Shown here one piece after another: positions 40,765 through 50,706 of a DNA stretch of 64,000 bases. The notes beneath the pieces are model-generated. The model worked only from the letters and a program-made list of their open reading frames with translations, was not told the origin of the DNA and did no database searches. The position numbers were made by a program, and so were the translations under genes. Positions within the stretch are counted from its first letter, which is position 1, and every line of letters starts with the position of its first letter. This stretch comes from Candidatus Moraniibacteriota bacterium (lineage in GTDB: Bacteria; Patescibacteriota; Minisyncoccia; Moranbacterales; UBA1568). The stretch covers positions 565,458-629,457 of the forward strand of contig JAUSGT010000002.1 of assembly GCA_030648835.1 (NCBI GenBank), given 5' to 3'.

Positions 40765-40874
40765 CCCAGAACGTAGAAAGCCCGCGGAGATGAATCTTCT
40801 CTCCCTGGGCTTTTGAATTTTTAGAGAATAATTTTTGGAGATTTCTTTAAGTTCATTCATTCGTATTTTTATAT

Positions 40875-40898
40875 TCTAGTATTTTGCAAAATACTAGA
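40875..40898. repeat. Perfect 24-bp palindrome
   Basis: TCTAGTATTTTGCAAAATACTAGA. Confidence 0.8.
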
Positions 40899-40964
40899 TA
40901 TAGAATACCTTAGTTTCAAATTGGAAAAAGTGTCATAAAAAAACGGGCCCAATGCCCGTTTTGA

Positions 40965-41276
40965 TTATTTCACTGAAATCTTGGTAATCTCCACCTCCGT
41001 GTACGCCTGGCGATGGCCATAACGGACGAGATAGCGTTTCTTGGCCTTGTGTTTGATACCTTTGACTTTGTCGTGGCGTTCTTGCGCCAGCACCTTACCT
41101 TCCACAATTGCCTTCTCCAAAACCGGTTCACCGATATGGACAGACTTTTCATCGCCGGCAAAAAGCACTTCAAACTTTACGGTGTCACCGACTGACTGAT
41201 CAAGCTTCTCAATCTTCACTTTCTGACCCTTGGAAACCTTGTACTGCTTTCCGCCAGTTCTGATAATCGCGAGCAT
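40965..41276 (-). CDS. rplU: 50S ribosomal protein L21
   Basis: AIIRTGGKQYKV, GHRQ.YT. Confidence 0.96.
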   Translation of the reverse strand: MLAIIRTGGKQYKVSKGQKVKIEKLDQSVGDTVKFEVLFAGDEKSVHIGEPVLEKAIVEGKVLAQERHDKVKGIKHKAKKRYLVRYGHRQAYTEVEITKISVK

Positions 41277-41345
41277 ATCTATAGAAATATCGACTTATTT
41301 AACCTACTTATCGTATACTATTCCCCTGTAACTGTCAACAAAAGA

Positions 41346-43223
41346 TTATTCCAGAATCGCCTTGATCCTTCTCACACCGGCTGAAGACGCCTCTTCTTTG
41401 ATGATCCTGAATGTCCCCTGTATATTCCCCGTGTTGGCAACGTGGGGGCCACCACACAGTTCTTGGGAGTAAACGGTGCCATCATCTGCCTTCACTGTAT
41501 ATACCGTGACCTTATCCGGATACTTTTCCCAGAAACTGCCTTCGACACCGGCTTCTTTGGCTGTGTTTTTTTCCATCACTTCCGTTGTCATAGAGCACTT
41601 CTTGGCGATGACTTCATTGACATAGGCCTCCACCTTATCGAGTATCTCACGACTCACCTTCTCTTGGTGCGTAAAGTCGAACCGAGTCCGTTCTTCGGTG
41701 ATATTGGATCCGGCCTGATGGACATCCTGACCCAGATATTTTCTGAGACCCGCCAGCATAAGATGCGTCGTTGTATGGAGCATCGTGGTCTTCTCGCTGT
41801 GATCGGCCAAGCCTCCCTTGAACTTCCCGGCGCTCGCGGTCCGAGAGAGCTCTTGATGTTTTGCGAATTCAGCCTTGAACTCTCCCCGCTCTATCACAAT
41901 TCCTTTTTCCTTCGCGATCTCCTCGGTCATTTCCAACGGAAAACCATACGTGGAGAATAATTCAAAAGCATCCTTGCCGGTCACATTTCTTTTTTCTATT
42001 CTTCCTTCCAACTCCTTGAGCCCCTTATCGAGAGTCTTTCTGAATTTTTCTTCCTCTTCCACAAGCGCCTTGTAAACAAATGTTTGTTTCTCACCCAATA
42101 CCGAGTAGGTTGTTTTATAGTATTCGACAAATCCCTGCGCGACAGCCCCCACGAAGTTCTCGGAAATTGCAAGTTCTTTGCCGAAACGGATCGACCGCCG
42201 GATAAGACGGCGCACAAAATACCCCTGATCCTTATTCGAAGGCAAAACATTATCTCCAATAAGAAACGTCGCTGCCCGGATATGGTCCAGGATTACCCGC
42301 ATCGCAAATGTCTCTTTCTCTTCCTCACCGTACTTCTTCCCTGAGATTTTTTCCAACTCTTCCTTGGCGTGCTGAAAGGCATCCATATAAAAAACATCCG
42401 GACTGTTATTTGCTGCCGCCCACAACCGCTCCAACCCGCCGCCAAAATCAACATTTTTTTGCTTGAGTTCTTCGAAACCCTGTTGAGTTTTCCGATACTG
42501 CATAAAAACATTATTGCCAATTTCCATAAACCGACCGCAATCGCAATTCACATGGCAAAATTTTCCGGTATGGGGAGTATCGGGGACGCAAGCATCACCG
42601 AGCTCCGGGTAAAAATCAAAAAACATTTCCGTATCCGGTCCGCCCGGCTCCCCTTCCGGCATATTGCCGGGAGTACCCACCCGACTCCACCAGTTTTTCG
42701 TTTCGTCGTAATAAAAAATCCGTCCGCCTTGCATACCATCTCGTTCCGGAAAATCAACGATCTTCGCATCTACCTTTACCGAAGCAAAAAGTTTCTGCCA
42801 CAGTTCTGCGGATTCGATATCTTTTGACACACCCAAACTCTCATTGCCGCGAAAACAGGTGAAATACAAACGCTTGGGATCAATATGTAGCTCCCCTGTG
42901 AGAAATTCCCACATCCAAGCAATCTGTTCCTGTTTGAAATAATCGCCAAATGACCAATTACCGAGCATTTCGAAAAACGTGGTATGGCGGTTATCTCCTA
43001 CTTCTTCAATATCACCTGACCGAAAACATTTTTGTGAATCGGCGACGCGGGTCCCGAGCGGATGCTTTTCTCCCAGAAAAAAAGGCAACATAGGCTGCAT
43101 CCCCGAACCGGTAAAAAGCGTTGTCGGATCGTTCTCCGGAACAAGCAAAGCGGAAGGGACAATTTTGTGTCCCTTTGCGGAAAAATATTTCAAATAAGCT
43201 GTTCTGATATCGTTCGTGTGCAT
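41346..43223 (-). CDS. alaS: Alanine--tRNA ligase (short, no C-Ala domain)
   Basis: DPTTLFT, HTTFFEMLGNWSFGDYFK, HTTTH, ELCGGPHV, SAGVRRIKA. Confidence 0.95.
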   Translation of the reverse strand: MHTNDIRTAYLKYFSAKGHKIVPSALLVPENDPTTLFTGSGMQPMLPFFLGEKHPLGTRVADSQKCFRSGDIEEVGDNRHTTFFEMLGNWSFGDYFKQEQIAWMWEFLTGELHIDPKRLYFTCFRGNESLGVSKDIESAELWQKLFASVKVDAKIVDFPERDGMQGGRIFYYDETKNWWSRVGTPGNMPEGEPGGPDTEMFFDFYPELGDACVPDTPHTGKFCHVNCDCGRFMEIGNNVFMQYRKTQQGFEELKQKNVDFGGGLERLWAAANNSPDVFYMDAFQHAKEELEKISGKKYGEEEKETFAMRVILDHIRAATFLIGDNVLPSNKDQGYFVRRLIRRSIRFGKELAISENFVGAVAQGFVEYYKTTYSVLGEKQTFVYKALVEEEEKFRKTLDKGLKELEGRIEKRNVTGKDAFELFSTYGFPLEMTEEIAKEKGIVIERGEFKAEFAKHQELSRTASAGKFKGGLADHSEKTTMLHTTTHLMLAGLRKYLGQDVHQAGSNITEERTRFDFTHQEKVSREILDKVEAYVNEVIAKKCSMTTEVMEKNTAKEAGVEGSFWEKYPDKVTVYTVKADDGTVYSQELCGGPHVANTGNIQGTFRIIKEEASSAGVRRIKAILE

Positions 43224-43244
43224 ACCCCTTCCATCTCAAAGTAA

Positions 43245-43472
43245 TTAACTGCGCTCCAAACGTTTTTCGATTTCATCATAATCATGACGATCGATCTTGA
43301 AGTTATCGGCAAAAAGAGACTGTAACGCCGCGATGGCACCGGCGATGTCGGTTTTCCCGACGCTATACTCTCGGGCAAGCGCGTTCAGCTTGGCATCACC
43401 AAAACTGGACAAAGGTGCTTCTTTTACCGTTATCACAGCACGGACTATTCCTTTGAATTTTTCCGGAGTCAT
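43245..43472 (-). CDS. Hypothetical protein
   Basis: Fills the operon gap; weak SD AAGGA. Confidence 0.5.
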   Translation of the reverse strand: MTPEKFKGIVRAVITVKEAPLSSFGDAKLNALAREYSVGKTDIAGAIAALQSLFADNFKIDRHDYDEIEKRLERS

Positions 43473-43494
43473 ACTCTTTCCTTCATTAAAGAAT

Positions 43495-43758
43495 TTAGGA
43501 CTTTTTCATCCGCTTGATCTCCTCATCCATAAGTTCCATTTCCCGTTCCAACGAATGGAGAGCGGCCTCTTTTTCCACCACATTCACCTTGAGACGGGAA
43601 AATTCCGCTTTCATACGATACACCTCTGCCTGCAAATCGTTTTTTCTCCGTTCCAGACGGCTTCTATCGGATTGGAGCGAAAAAAGAGTGGACTGCAAAC
43701 GCCGGTTTTCCGTTTGACGGCGTGCTTCTTCTTCCGCTGTGGATGAATCATTTTTCAT
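43495..43758 (-). CDS. Hypothetical coiled-coil protein
   Basis: Charged helical heptad pattern. Confidence 0.55.
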   Translation of the reverse strand: MKNDSSTAEEEARRQTENRRLQSTLFSLQSDRSRLERRKNDLQAEVYRMKAEFSRLKVNVVEKEAALHSLEREMELMDEEIKRMKKS

Positions 43759-43822
43759 AAGCGTATCGGGCCTAACAAGAAGAAAGTCTATCAAATATAT
43801 ATACCGGCCGCAAGATGCCCCT

Positions 43823-45742
43823 CTATTCCATTTTCTCACCCGGTTCAAGAAGGACAAACACCCGTTCACGAGAATCCGGAATACTCCTCATAAATAACTG
43901 CGGATGAAAAATCACTTTTATTGTTTTCACTTCCGGAAAACTGTCGAGTACCTGCTTGATACCTTCTTCGCTCTTTCCCAGAAGCGCCTCGCGCAAACTA
44001 TCGCGATCGACATCCGATTCCATCGTAAGAAGCGCGCGCGCCCTCAAACGAAGCGTCCCTTCGGAAAAATTCGGCATGGAATCACTGTAAGTGATATCCG
44101 AAGATATCGGCTTGAATTTGATTCCCTGCAGATTTTTTTCACCCGCGGCTTCAGCCTTCTCTTTGACGGTTTTTTCGGAGAAAACAAACACCCGCACCTT
44201 GAAAGTGGCTTTGTAATCAAAGGCACTGGCTGCCGTGCCAACCGTCGGCATCGCGACCGGAGCCAAGAGCACCGTCTCTACCTGTTCATCGAGCGCTCTC
44301 TCATTCGGCAATAGTTCGCCGCGTATTTCACTTAAAAAATCATCTTTCACTTTTTCTTTGGCTTCGCGCTCGGCTGTTTCGAGATCAACTTTGGCAACAA
44401 CGGCCACATCCGATACTCCGCCACTCCCGCCTCCCGTCATCGTTTTGGTCGATCGGGCAGAAAAAGCGGTATACTTCGTTCCACCTTTGAAACCGGGAAT
44501 AGTAAATGACGTTGCGTCAATATTGTATTCCGCACCCGCCTGGTCAGCCACCACACTGGCTTCAATGGCTCCCGGCTCTTTTTTGCCGCCACTATTCGTC
44601 ATCCCCGGAACCACCACGCCGCTCGTCAGACGAAAAAGTTTACCGTCTGTGGTTTCCAAACGAGTTGTCGCAACCAGAGATTGCGACTCAGCACTGTAGT
44701 TATTGTAAATAACCACTGTTCCACGAGCTTTTTGATTCGTCCCTCCTGACTTACCGGTTGTGACAAAAGTCAAAGCAACTTCTTTTTCCTTTTCAAGAAT
44801 GCGTACGGGGAGAATCCCGTCATCGGCAACGAAAACATCGGATCGTCCATCCATTTCTATCTCCGTCGTTTGTGTGATCGCGTACGGCGTCACCTGAATT
44901 TCCGCTTTGGGAAGGAAGAAAAAGAGCACGACACTGACAAGGGACAAGAGTGATATGCCACCCAAGATGAAAAATATTTTGTGCGCCTTCTTACCGGCGA
45001 TCGGTACTGTCCCTCTTCCCAAATCTTTTTTTGGAGCGGGCGCAACAGTCACTTTTGGAACATTACTATAAAAATTTTTCAAACGTTCATCGCGTGGTTG
45101 CTCTTGCGGTTGCGGTATGCCGTATGGTTCCGCGGCAAACGCCCGGGCGGAAGAAAGCGGTGGCGAAGAAACAACCGCCGGCTCGGTCTCTTTGAGCGGT
45201 ATGCGTATCGCTTGCGGCGCCAGGCTTACTCCTTCAAAACGTTTGGAGTTCAAACTGGTAAGCTTCGGTGGCGTTATATTACGGACGCGCAGCGTAGAAA
45301 CCGGCGTCTCCACAGCAGACGGCAACGGTTCGTTTTTCGTCTGTGGCGCGGATTCTGTGGCATAAAAATTGCTGCTGCCGATAGCGTCAGAGCGAAGCGC
45401 CCCCGATATAACCGGTTTTGCGATTGACTCCAGCGGGACATTTTTTTCTTGGGCGGTAAGTTCCAGATGCGCCGCTTTCTTGGAAAAATCTTCCGAATAG
45501 CTTTCCGTTTCGATCCCGGCTTTCAGAGCCAGCATCTTCCCTACCTCGTCTTGGCTGACAATAACAATCTTTTTTCCCAGCTTCTCCGCCTCGCGCTGGA
45601 AAAGACGAAGATTGATGATACTCTGGAGCACCAAGGCGCGTTTGGGAAAAACGAAAATATTTTTTTCCGCGGAAGATTTGCGTAGTCGTCCGATGACGGA
45701 AATAATTTCTTCATCAGATTCGATATAAAAAGTCTGTGGCAT
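43823..45742 (-). CDS. Membrane protein with baseplate-J-like extracytoplasmic domain
   Basis: N-terminal alpha/beta domain, Pro-rich linker, TM, KARGTVVIYN..TRL..ADQAGAEYNI..GG. Confidence 0.7.
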   Translation of the reverse strand: MPQTFYIESDEEIISVIGRLRKSSAEKNIFVFPKRALVLQSIINLRLFQREAEKLGKKIVIVSQDEVGKMLALKAGIETESYSEDFSKKAAHLELTAQEKNVPLESIAKPVISGALRSDAIGSSNFYATESAPQTKNEPLPSAVETPVSTLRVRNITPPKLTSLNSKRFEGVSLAPQAIRIPLKETEPAVVSSPPLSSARAFAAEPYGIPQPQEQPRDERLKNFYSNVPKVTVAPAPKKDLGRGTVPIAGKKAHKIFFILGGISLLSLVSVVLFFFLPKAEIQVTPYAITQTTEIEMDGRSDVFVADDGILPVRILEKEKEVALTFVTTGKSGGTNQKARGTVVIYNNYSAESQSLVATTRLETTDGKLFRLTSGVVVPGMTNSGGKKEPGAIEASVVADQAGAEYNIDATSFTIPGFKGGTKYTAFSARSTKTMTGGGSGGVSDVAVVAKVDLETAEREAKEKVKDDFLSEIRGELLPNERALDEQVETVLLAPVAMPTVGTAASAFDYKATFKVRVFVFSEKTVKEKAEAAGEKNLQGIKFKPISSDITYSDSMPNFSEGTLRLRARALLTMESDVDRDSLREALLGKSEEGIKQVLDSFPEVKTIKVIFHPQLFMRSIPDSRERVFVLLEPGEKME

Positions 45743-45757
45743 ACTCTTTTATTTATT

Positions 45758-47026
45758 TTAGTTTTTTTCCAAAGATTCCATACTCCGCCGCAAGATACTC
45801 GAAAGCATCTTTTCCTCTTCAATATGGTCGAGAAGCGCGAGATTGGCAAGTCCGATCGGCGTAATGTCTTGGGGATTATTCAGCTCACCGGTCATATCGG
45901 TAATACGGATAATATCGCGCGGTTGGAGAAATCCAACTTGCGGTTGTTTGGAAAACGGTAAACTTTGGGCCCACTCCGGAGAAAGCAACGCCTGTTTGAT
46001 ACCGGGCAAAGCCGAACCGCCTCCGCAAAGAAAAATGCGCGATGGCAAAAGATCGGTTTCCGCGAACTCCAAAAGAGAAAGTTCCACTCCTCCGAGCCAG
46101 ACACGACAGTCATCGGCATAGAGCGCGGCAAGATGTTCTTGATCCTCACCCTTGAGACGGCCATTGGCATAATCAATCTTCATCTGTTCGGCGACATCAA
46201 ACGTCAAGTGAAATTCCTGCGCCAAACGCTTGGTAAAAGCCCGACCGCCGAGCGCAAACATTTTTGTGCCTTCCAAACCACCGTTGCGGACGACGGCGAT
46301 ATCCGTCGTTCCACCACCGACATCGATAAAAATAGCGCTGAAGTCGAGCATATCCTCCACTTCGATAGAACGCGCGACGGCATATGGCTCCGCGGCAATG
46401 GAAAGCAAATCAAGATCAAGTTCATCCGCGATCGTTTGCAAAGCCCCTAAATGAATCATTGGCGCATACGCGTTGAACACACTCATCGATACATCACGCC
46501 CCTGGAAATTCACCGGATTCAAGACATGGTACCCGTCAATACGCACATCAACAATAGTCGCGTTGATGAGCTTCACATCGATATCGTCTTGCCCCGTTTC
46601 CCAAGAGAGTTGACGCTTGATGCGCTGATAGGCTTTTTCTTGGACTTTTTGGATAATCATTTTGAGCTCCGGAATGCTGATATGCATTTCCGGGTTGACC
46701 CGCTCATAGTGCACGGTCGTTGTCGTTCCCTTGACCAATTCACCGGCGATACCGATGATGCTTTTTTCCACTCGCTTCACCCCGGCCTTTTTTTTCGCCA
46801 GAAGAACCGCTTCACGCGAAGACTCGATGACACCTCCGATATCGGACACGGCTCCGCTCTGCATATTGCCTATTTTCTGCGCCACGCGCCCGACCCCTAT
46901 GACTACTCCGCGTTTCTCGACTTGATCAACACGAAAAATAAGAGCCTTGACTACCTCGGTACCTATGTCGAGAGCCAAGATAAGATCCGGATCTCGCTTC
47001 CACGGCAATTTGGAAAAAAATCCCAT
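45758..47026 (-). CDS. FtsA-like actin-family ATPase
   Basis: LDIGTEVVK, AEPYA, DVGGGTTD, GGGSALPG. Confidence 0.85.
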   Translation of the reverse strand: MGFFSKLPWKRDPDLILALDIGTEVVKALIFRVDQVEKRGVVIGVGRVAQKIGNMQSGAVSDIGGVIESSREAVLLAKKKAGVKRVEKSIIGIAGELVKGTTTTVHYERVNPEMHISIPELKMIIQKVQEKAYQRIKRQLSWETGQDDIDVKLINATIVDVRIDGYHVLNPVNFQGRDVSMSVFNAYAPMIHLGALQTIADELDLDLLSIAAEPYAVARSIEVEDMLDFSAIFIDVGGGTTDIAVVRNGGLEGTKMFALGGRAFTKRLAQEFHLTFDVAEQMKIDYANGRLKGEDQEHLAALYADDCRVWLGGVELSLLEFAETDLLPSRIFLCGGGSALPGIKQALLSPEWAQSLPFSKQPQVGFLQPRDIIRITDMTGELNNPQDITPIGLANLALLDHIEEEKMLSSILRRSMESLEKN

Positions 47027-47027
47027 A

Positions 47028-47150
47028 TCCAGTAGTGAAACTTCGACAACTTTGTTTATATGCTGTAGAAGTTAAGTTAATTTTATGTTTCCTCTTTTGT
47101 TTAACTATCCAGTACCTCTCTTAAATTTCTGTCGAAGTTCTACTACTGGA
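47028..47150. mobile_element. TATG-targeting MITE, copy 1
   Basis: IR TCCAGTAGTGAAACTTCGACA / TGTCGAAGTTCTACTACTGGA; CATA on both flanks. Confidence 0.75.
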
Positions 47151-47163
47151 CATACAAAATATT

Positions 47164-48192
47164 CTAATTCAAACGCTCCGGAGTAATCTTTTCTATGATG
47201 TTTTTCATTTCATCGGTCTTGAGGAGCCCGGCAGTCGCGCCATACGCTCCCACCACGCTCCCACTGTTGGCTATTCCATATCTGAGCGCTCGCTCCACGG
47301 ATCCGCCTTCCAGCACAGCCGCAAAAAATCCCGATCCGAAAGCATCCCCGCATCCCGTGCTGTCTACAATACTGTTTCTCGTATGTATCGGGCAGTACCA
47401 ATACTCTTGACCATCAAAACTCCAAGCCCCGCGTTTGCCATCCGTCATTCCGATGATTTTTGCTCCAACCCGTCCCAGCGTCTGCAAAAGATACATCTCA
47501 TCATCCAAACGCTCTTTCGGCAATTCTTTCTGTGTCTGCATCACCAGCTCGATAGCTTCATCCTTATTGAGCAGAAGTACATCCGCCACCGCTATAGCTT
47601 CAAGCAAAAAACCAGGGTCTTCTTTGATATTATGTTGACCAGGATTGAAAGCCAGAGAAAAACCATATTTTTCTTTAAGGAGAAGTATTTTTTTCAAATT
47701 TTCTTGCCAATTACCATTGAGCGCGCTCACAAAAACCCATCCTGCACCGGCAAATTTTTCATCACTGATTTCCAATTTCTCATTGGCATCGCGATTGTGA
47801 AAAATCGTTCGCTCACCACTTTGTGTGAGCACGATAATCGCAGAGAGGTCCGTCTTCACCACCGTATCCACAAATAAAAATTCCGTTGGGACACCCGCGC
47901 TTTTAAATTCATGCAGGATCCATTTACCCGTTTCGTCATTTCCTATTTTGCTATAGCAGGCCGCCGCGTGATCGAGCCGTGTCAGCCCATGCGACACATT
48001 GGCCGCCACTCCGCCCACTGCCTCATAGCGATCCGCGACACGGTATTTGCCTCCCAATTCAAAAGCGATTTTCACTTTGGAAACCAGATCTTCGGGTGTT
48101 TGGATGATCGTCCCTTCGTCCGTCGGAAAAAAAATATCTTTGGACGTCGATCCGACACAGATTACTTTGTACGTTTTTGAGGCAAAAAACAT
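47164..48192 (-). CDS. PfkB-family carbohydrate kinase
   Basis: GGVAANV, N.DEA, DSTGCGDAFGSG. Confidence 0.9.
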   Translation of the reverse strand: MFFASKTYKVICVGSTSKDIFFPTDEGTIIQTPEDLVSKVKIAFELGGKYRVADRYEAVGGVAANVSHGLTRLDHAAACYSKIGNDETGKWILHEFKSAGVPTEFLFVDTVVKTDLSAIIVLTQSGERTIFHNRDANEKLEISDEKFAGAGWVFVSALNGNWQENLKKILLLKEKYGFSLAFNPGQHNIKEDPGFLLEAIAVADVLLLNKDEAIELVMQTQKELPKERLDDEMYLLQTLGRVGAKIIGMTDGKRGAWSFDGQEYWYCPIHTRNSIVDSTGCGDAFGSGFFAAVLEGGSVERALRYGIANSGSVVGAYGATAGLLKTDEMKNIIEKITPERLN

Positions 48193-48202
48193 AGATGGCT
48201 GA

Positions 48203-49483
48203 TTAAATAATTTCCTCGGTGATGGCAAGCAGACGATTATATTTGACCATCCGCTCACCGCGGGAAAGCGATCCTGTCTTGATGAATTCCGCGTGCGTCC
48301 CGACAGCAAAATCGGCGATGAAATCGTCAGTCGTCTCTCCGGAACGGTGCGATATCATTCTCTGCATCGCGTGCTTTTCGGCCAATTCCATGCAAGCGAT
48401 CGTTTCGGTCATCGTGCCGATCTGGTTTGGCTTGATAAGAACCGCATTGCACGAACGTTCGGCTATCGCTTTTTCCAAACGCTTCACATTCGTGACCAAG
48501 AGATCATCCCCGATAAACAAGAGCGGTTTCTTCCATGCCGTTACTTCTTTGCCGAGTTTCTCTTGCATCAGGGCCCAGCCTTGCCAATCCTCTTCATGCA
48601 GTCCATCTTCGATGGAAACAACAAAATACTTCTGCACCCATTCCCGATACACGTTGATGAGACTCTCGCGCGAAAGCGCCGCACCCTCCGGTTTGAGCAG
48701 ATACTGATCTTCATTGGCGTCATAAAAAGAATTGGCCGCGATATCAAGACCGATGAACACTTGTTCCCCCGGACGGTATCCCGCCTCCGCTATGGCCTTG
48801 ATGATCATTTCCAACGCCTGTTTGTGGCTCTCGAGACGCGGGGCAAAACCTCCTTCATCCCCGACGCCGACCGCACACTGCTCCTGCTCCAGTAATTTTT
48901 TCAAAGCATGAAAAATTTCGCTCCCGGCTCGCAATTGTTCTTTGTACTCTTTGATACCGGCGGGGATAATTTTGAACTCCTGCACCGACAAACCGGAATC
49001 GCTGTGTTTGCCACCATTCAAAATATTGAACATCGGAGTAGGAAGGTGAAAAGCTTTTTTCTTTTTGGAAAGAAGCTTTGCTACGTAAGCATACAAAGGC
49101 AGCTTCTTGGATTGAGCCGCCGCCCGACAAACAGCCAGCGACACACCCAAAATAGCGTTGGCTCCCAAACGAGCCTTGTTTTCCGTCCCATCGAGCGCGA
49201 TCATTTTTTTGTCTATTTCTCTCTGATCCTCCGCGTTCATCCCGATTACCGCCTCGGCAATCTCTCCGTTCACATGGGCTACGGCATTTTCTACACCTAA
49301 GCCCCCATACCGATGCGGATTATTATCACGGAGCTCCACCGCCTCATATGCGCCCGTCGAAGCACCCGATGGCACCCCGGCTCGAGCTGTCGTGCCATCT
49401 TCGAGCGTTACCTCCACTTCCACCGTCGGATTGCCCCGTGAATCCAGAATTTCTCTTCCCTTCACGGCTGTAATCAATGCCAT
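48203..49483 (-). CDS. eno: Enolase
   Basis: ILDSRGNPTVE, PSGASTG, GDEGGFAP, SHRSGET. Confidence 0.97.
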   Translation of the reverse strand: MALITAVKGREILDSRGNPTVEVEVTLEDGTTARAGVPSGASTGAYEAVELRDNNPHRYGGLGVENAVAHVNGEIAEAVIGMNAEDQREIDKKMIALDGTENKARLGANAILGVSLAVCRAAAQSKKLPLYAYVAKLLSKKKKAFHLPTPMFNILNGGKHSDSGLSVQEFKIIPAGIKEYKEQLRAGSEIFHALKKLLEQEQCAVGVGDEGGFAPRLESHKQALEMIIKAIAEAGYRPGEQVFIGLDIAANSFYDANEDQYLLKPEGAALSRESLINVYREWVQKYFVVSIEDGLHEEDWQGWALMQEKLGKEVTAWKKPLLFIGDDLLVTNVKRLEKAIAERSCNAVLIKPNQIGTMTETIACMELAEKHAMQRMISHRSGETTDDFIADFAVGTHAEFIKTGSLSRGERMVKYNRLLAITEEII

Positions 49484-49557
49484 ATTTTCGTAAATAAATA
49501 ATAGTAACCTGCTTCAAATCCTCAACACTTATTCTTCAATCCCGCTTCATAAGTATA

Positions 49558-50607
49558 TCACGCTTCGAGCGCTTCAATCCCCGGCAGCTTTTTGCCACTC
49601 AAATACTCGAGCATCGCTCCGCCACCCGAAGAGACAAAACCGATTCTGTCCATCACGCCCGTTTTTTCCAGAACAGCCAATGACTCTCCTCCACCAATTA
49701 CGAAAAATGCCTGGCTCTCCAAAATGGCATGCAAAATAGCGTTCGTACCCATATCATAAGGTTTCTCTTCGAATTTTCCCAGCGGGCCGTTCCACACGAT
49801 AGTCTTGGCTATTTTGATGACTTGAATAAAACAAGCAATCGTATTGGGACCGATATCCAGACGAAGCGGAGAATCGAAATCAAGCGGGAGAAGCACCTTC
49901 TCGGAGAAAACGATTTTTTGGTCTATGGCCTCATTGGCTACCTTTCCACCCACCAAAATGGCATCAAAATTCTTTTCCAGCGCCTGTATGAGAGGAAGTT
50001 TTGTTTCGATTTTTGCTCCACCAATAATAGCGACGGCAGGATGGTCCGGCAGGAGGCGTATATAATCAAGCTTCTCTATTTCTTCAAGCACATGTAGTCC
50101 GGCATACGCGGGCAAAAATTTGGTTATGGTTGTAACAGAGGCATGATTGCGATGATCTACGCCAAAAGCCTCATTGACATATATATCAAATGGCTTGGCC
50201 AAACTCTTGGCGAATTCTTCGTCATTCGCCTCTTCTTCCGGATAAAAACGTACATTTTCCAAAAGAAGCAGTTCACCTGAAGGGAGCGCATCCAGCGCTT
50301 TCACTACATCTTTTCCGATACAATCGGAGACAAAGGTCACCTTCCGCGCGAACGCCTGCTCGACAGCCGGCACCAACTTGGCGACGGAATAGTGCGGATC
50401 ATTCTTTCCCTTTGGTCTCCCAAAATGCGTGAGCATGGCTACCTTCACGCCGGGAAATCCCAAGATATAATCAATGGTTTTCTTCAGGACTTCCAATTTG
50501 AAATGTTCCTGGACTTGAGCGATGTTATCAAGCTCAACATTGAAGTCCATCCTCACCAGCGCTTTTTTGTTTTTGAAATTTGCCTGTTCAATACTGCGTA
50601 TCGGCAT
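49558..50607 (-). CDS. pgk: Phosphoglycerate kinase (compact)
   Basis: RMDFNV, HFGRP, LLENVRF, WNGPLG.FE, SSGGGAMLE. Confidence 0.95.
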   Translation of the reverse strand: MPIRSIEQANFKNKKALVRMDFNVELDNIAQVQEHFKLEVLKKTIDYILGFPGVKVAMLTHFGRPKGKNDPHYSVAKLVPAVEQAFARKVTFVSDCIGKDVVKALDALPSGELLLLENVRFYPEEEANDEEFAKSLAKPFDIYVNEAFGVDHRNHASVTTITKFLPAYAGLHVLEEIEKLDYIRLLPDHPAVAIIGGAKIETKLPLIQALEKNFDAILVGGKVANEAIDQKIVFSEKVLLPLDFDSPLRLDIGPNTIACFIQVIKIAKTIVWNGPLGKFEEKPYDMGTNAILHAILESQAFFVIGGGESLAVLEKTGVMDRIGFVSSGGGAMLEYLSGKKLPGIEALEA

Positions 50608-50706
50608 AGTCTTTTTGTAAAACTCTTAATCAGTTTACTGTCAAACGAAGCGAGTGATGACATCAAAGAGATAAAACTCGGGAGCAAACTCTCAAGTGAA
50701 AACTCT

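Noticed and set aside
43823-45742. Prophage or tailocin from the baseplate-J-like domain
   Set aside because: No other phage structural genes; the protein is membrane-anchored in a housekeeping operon
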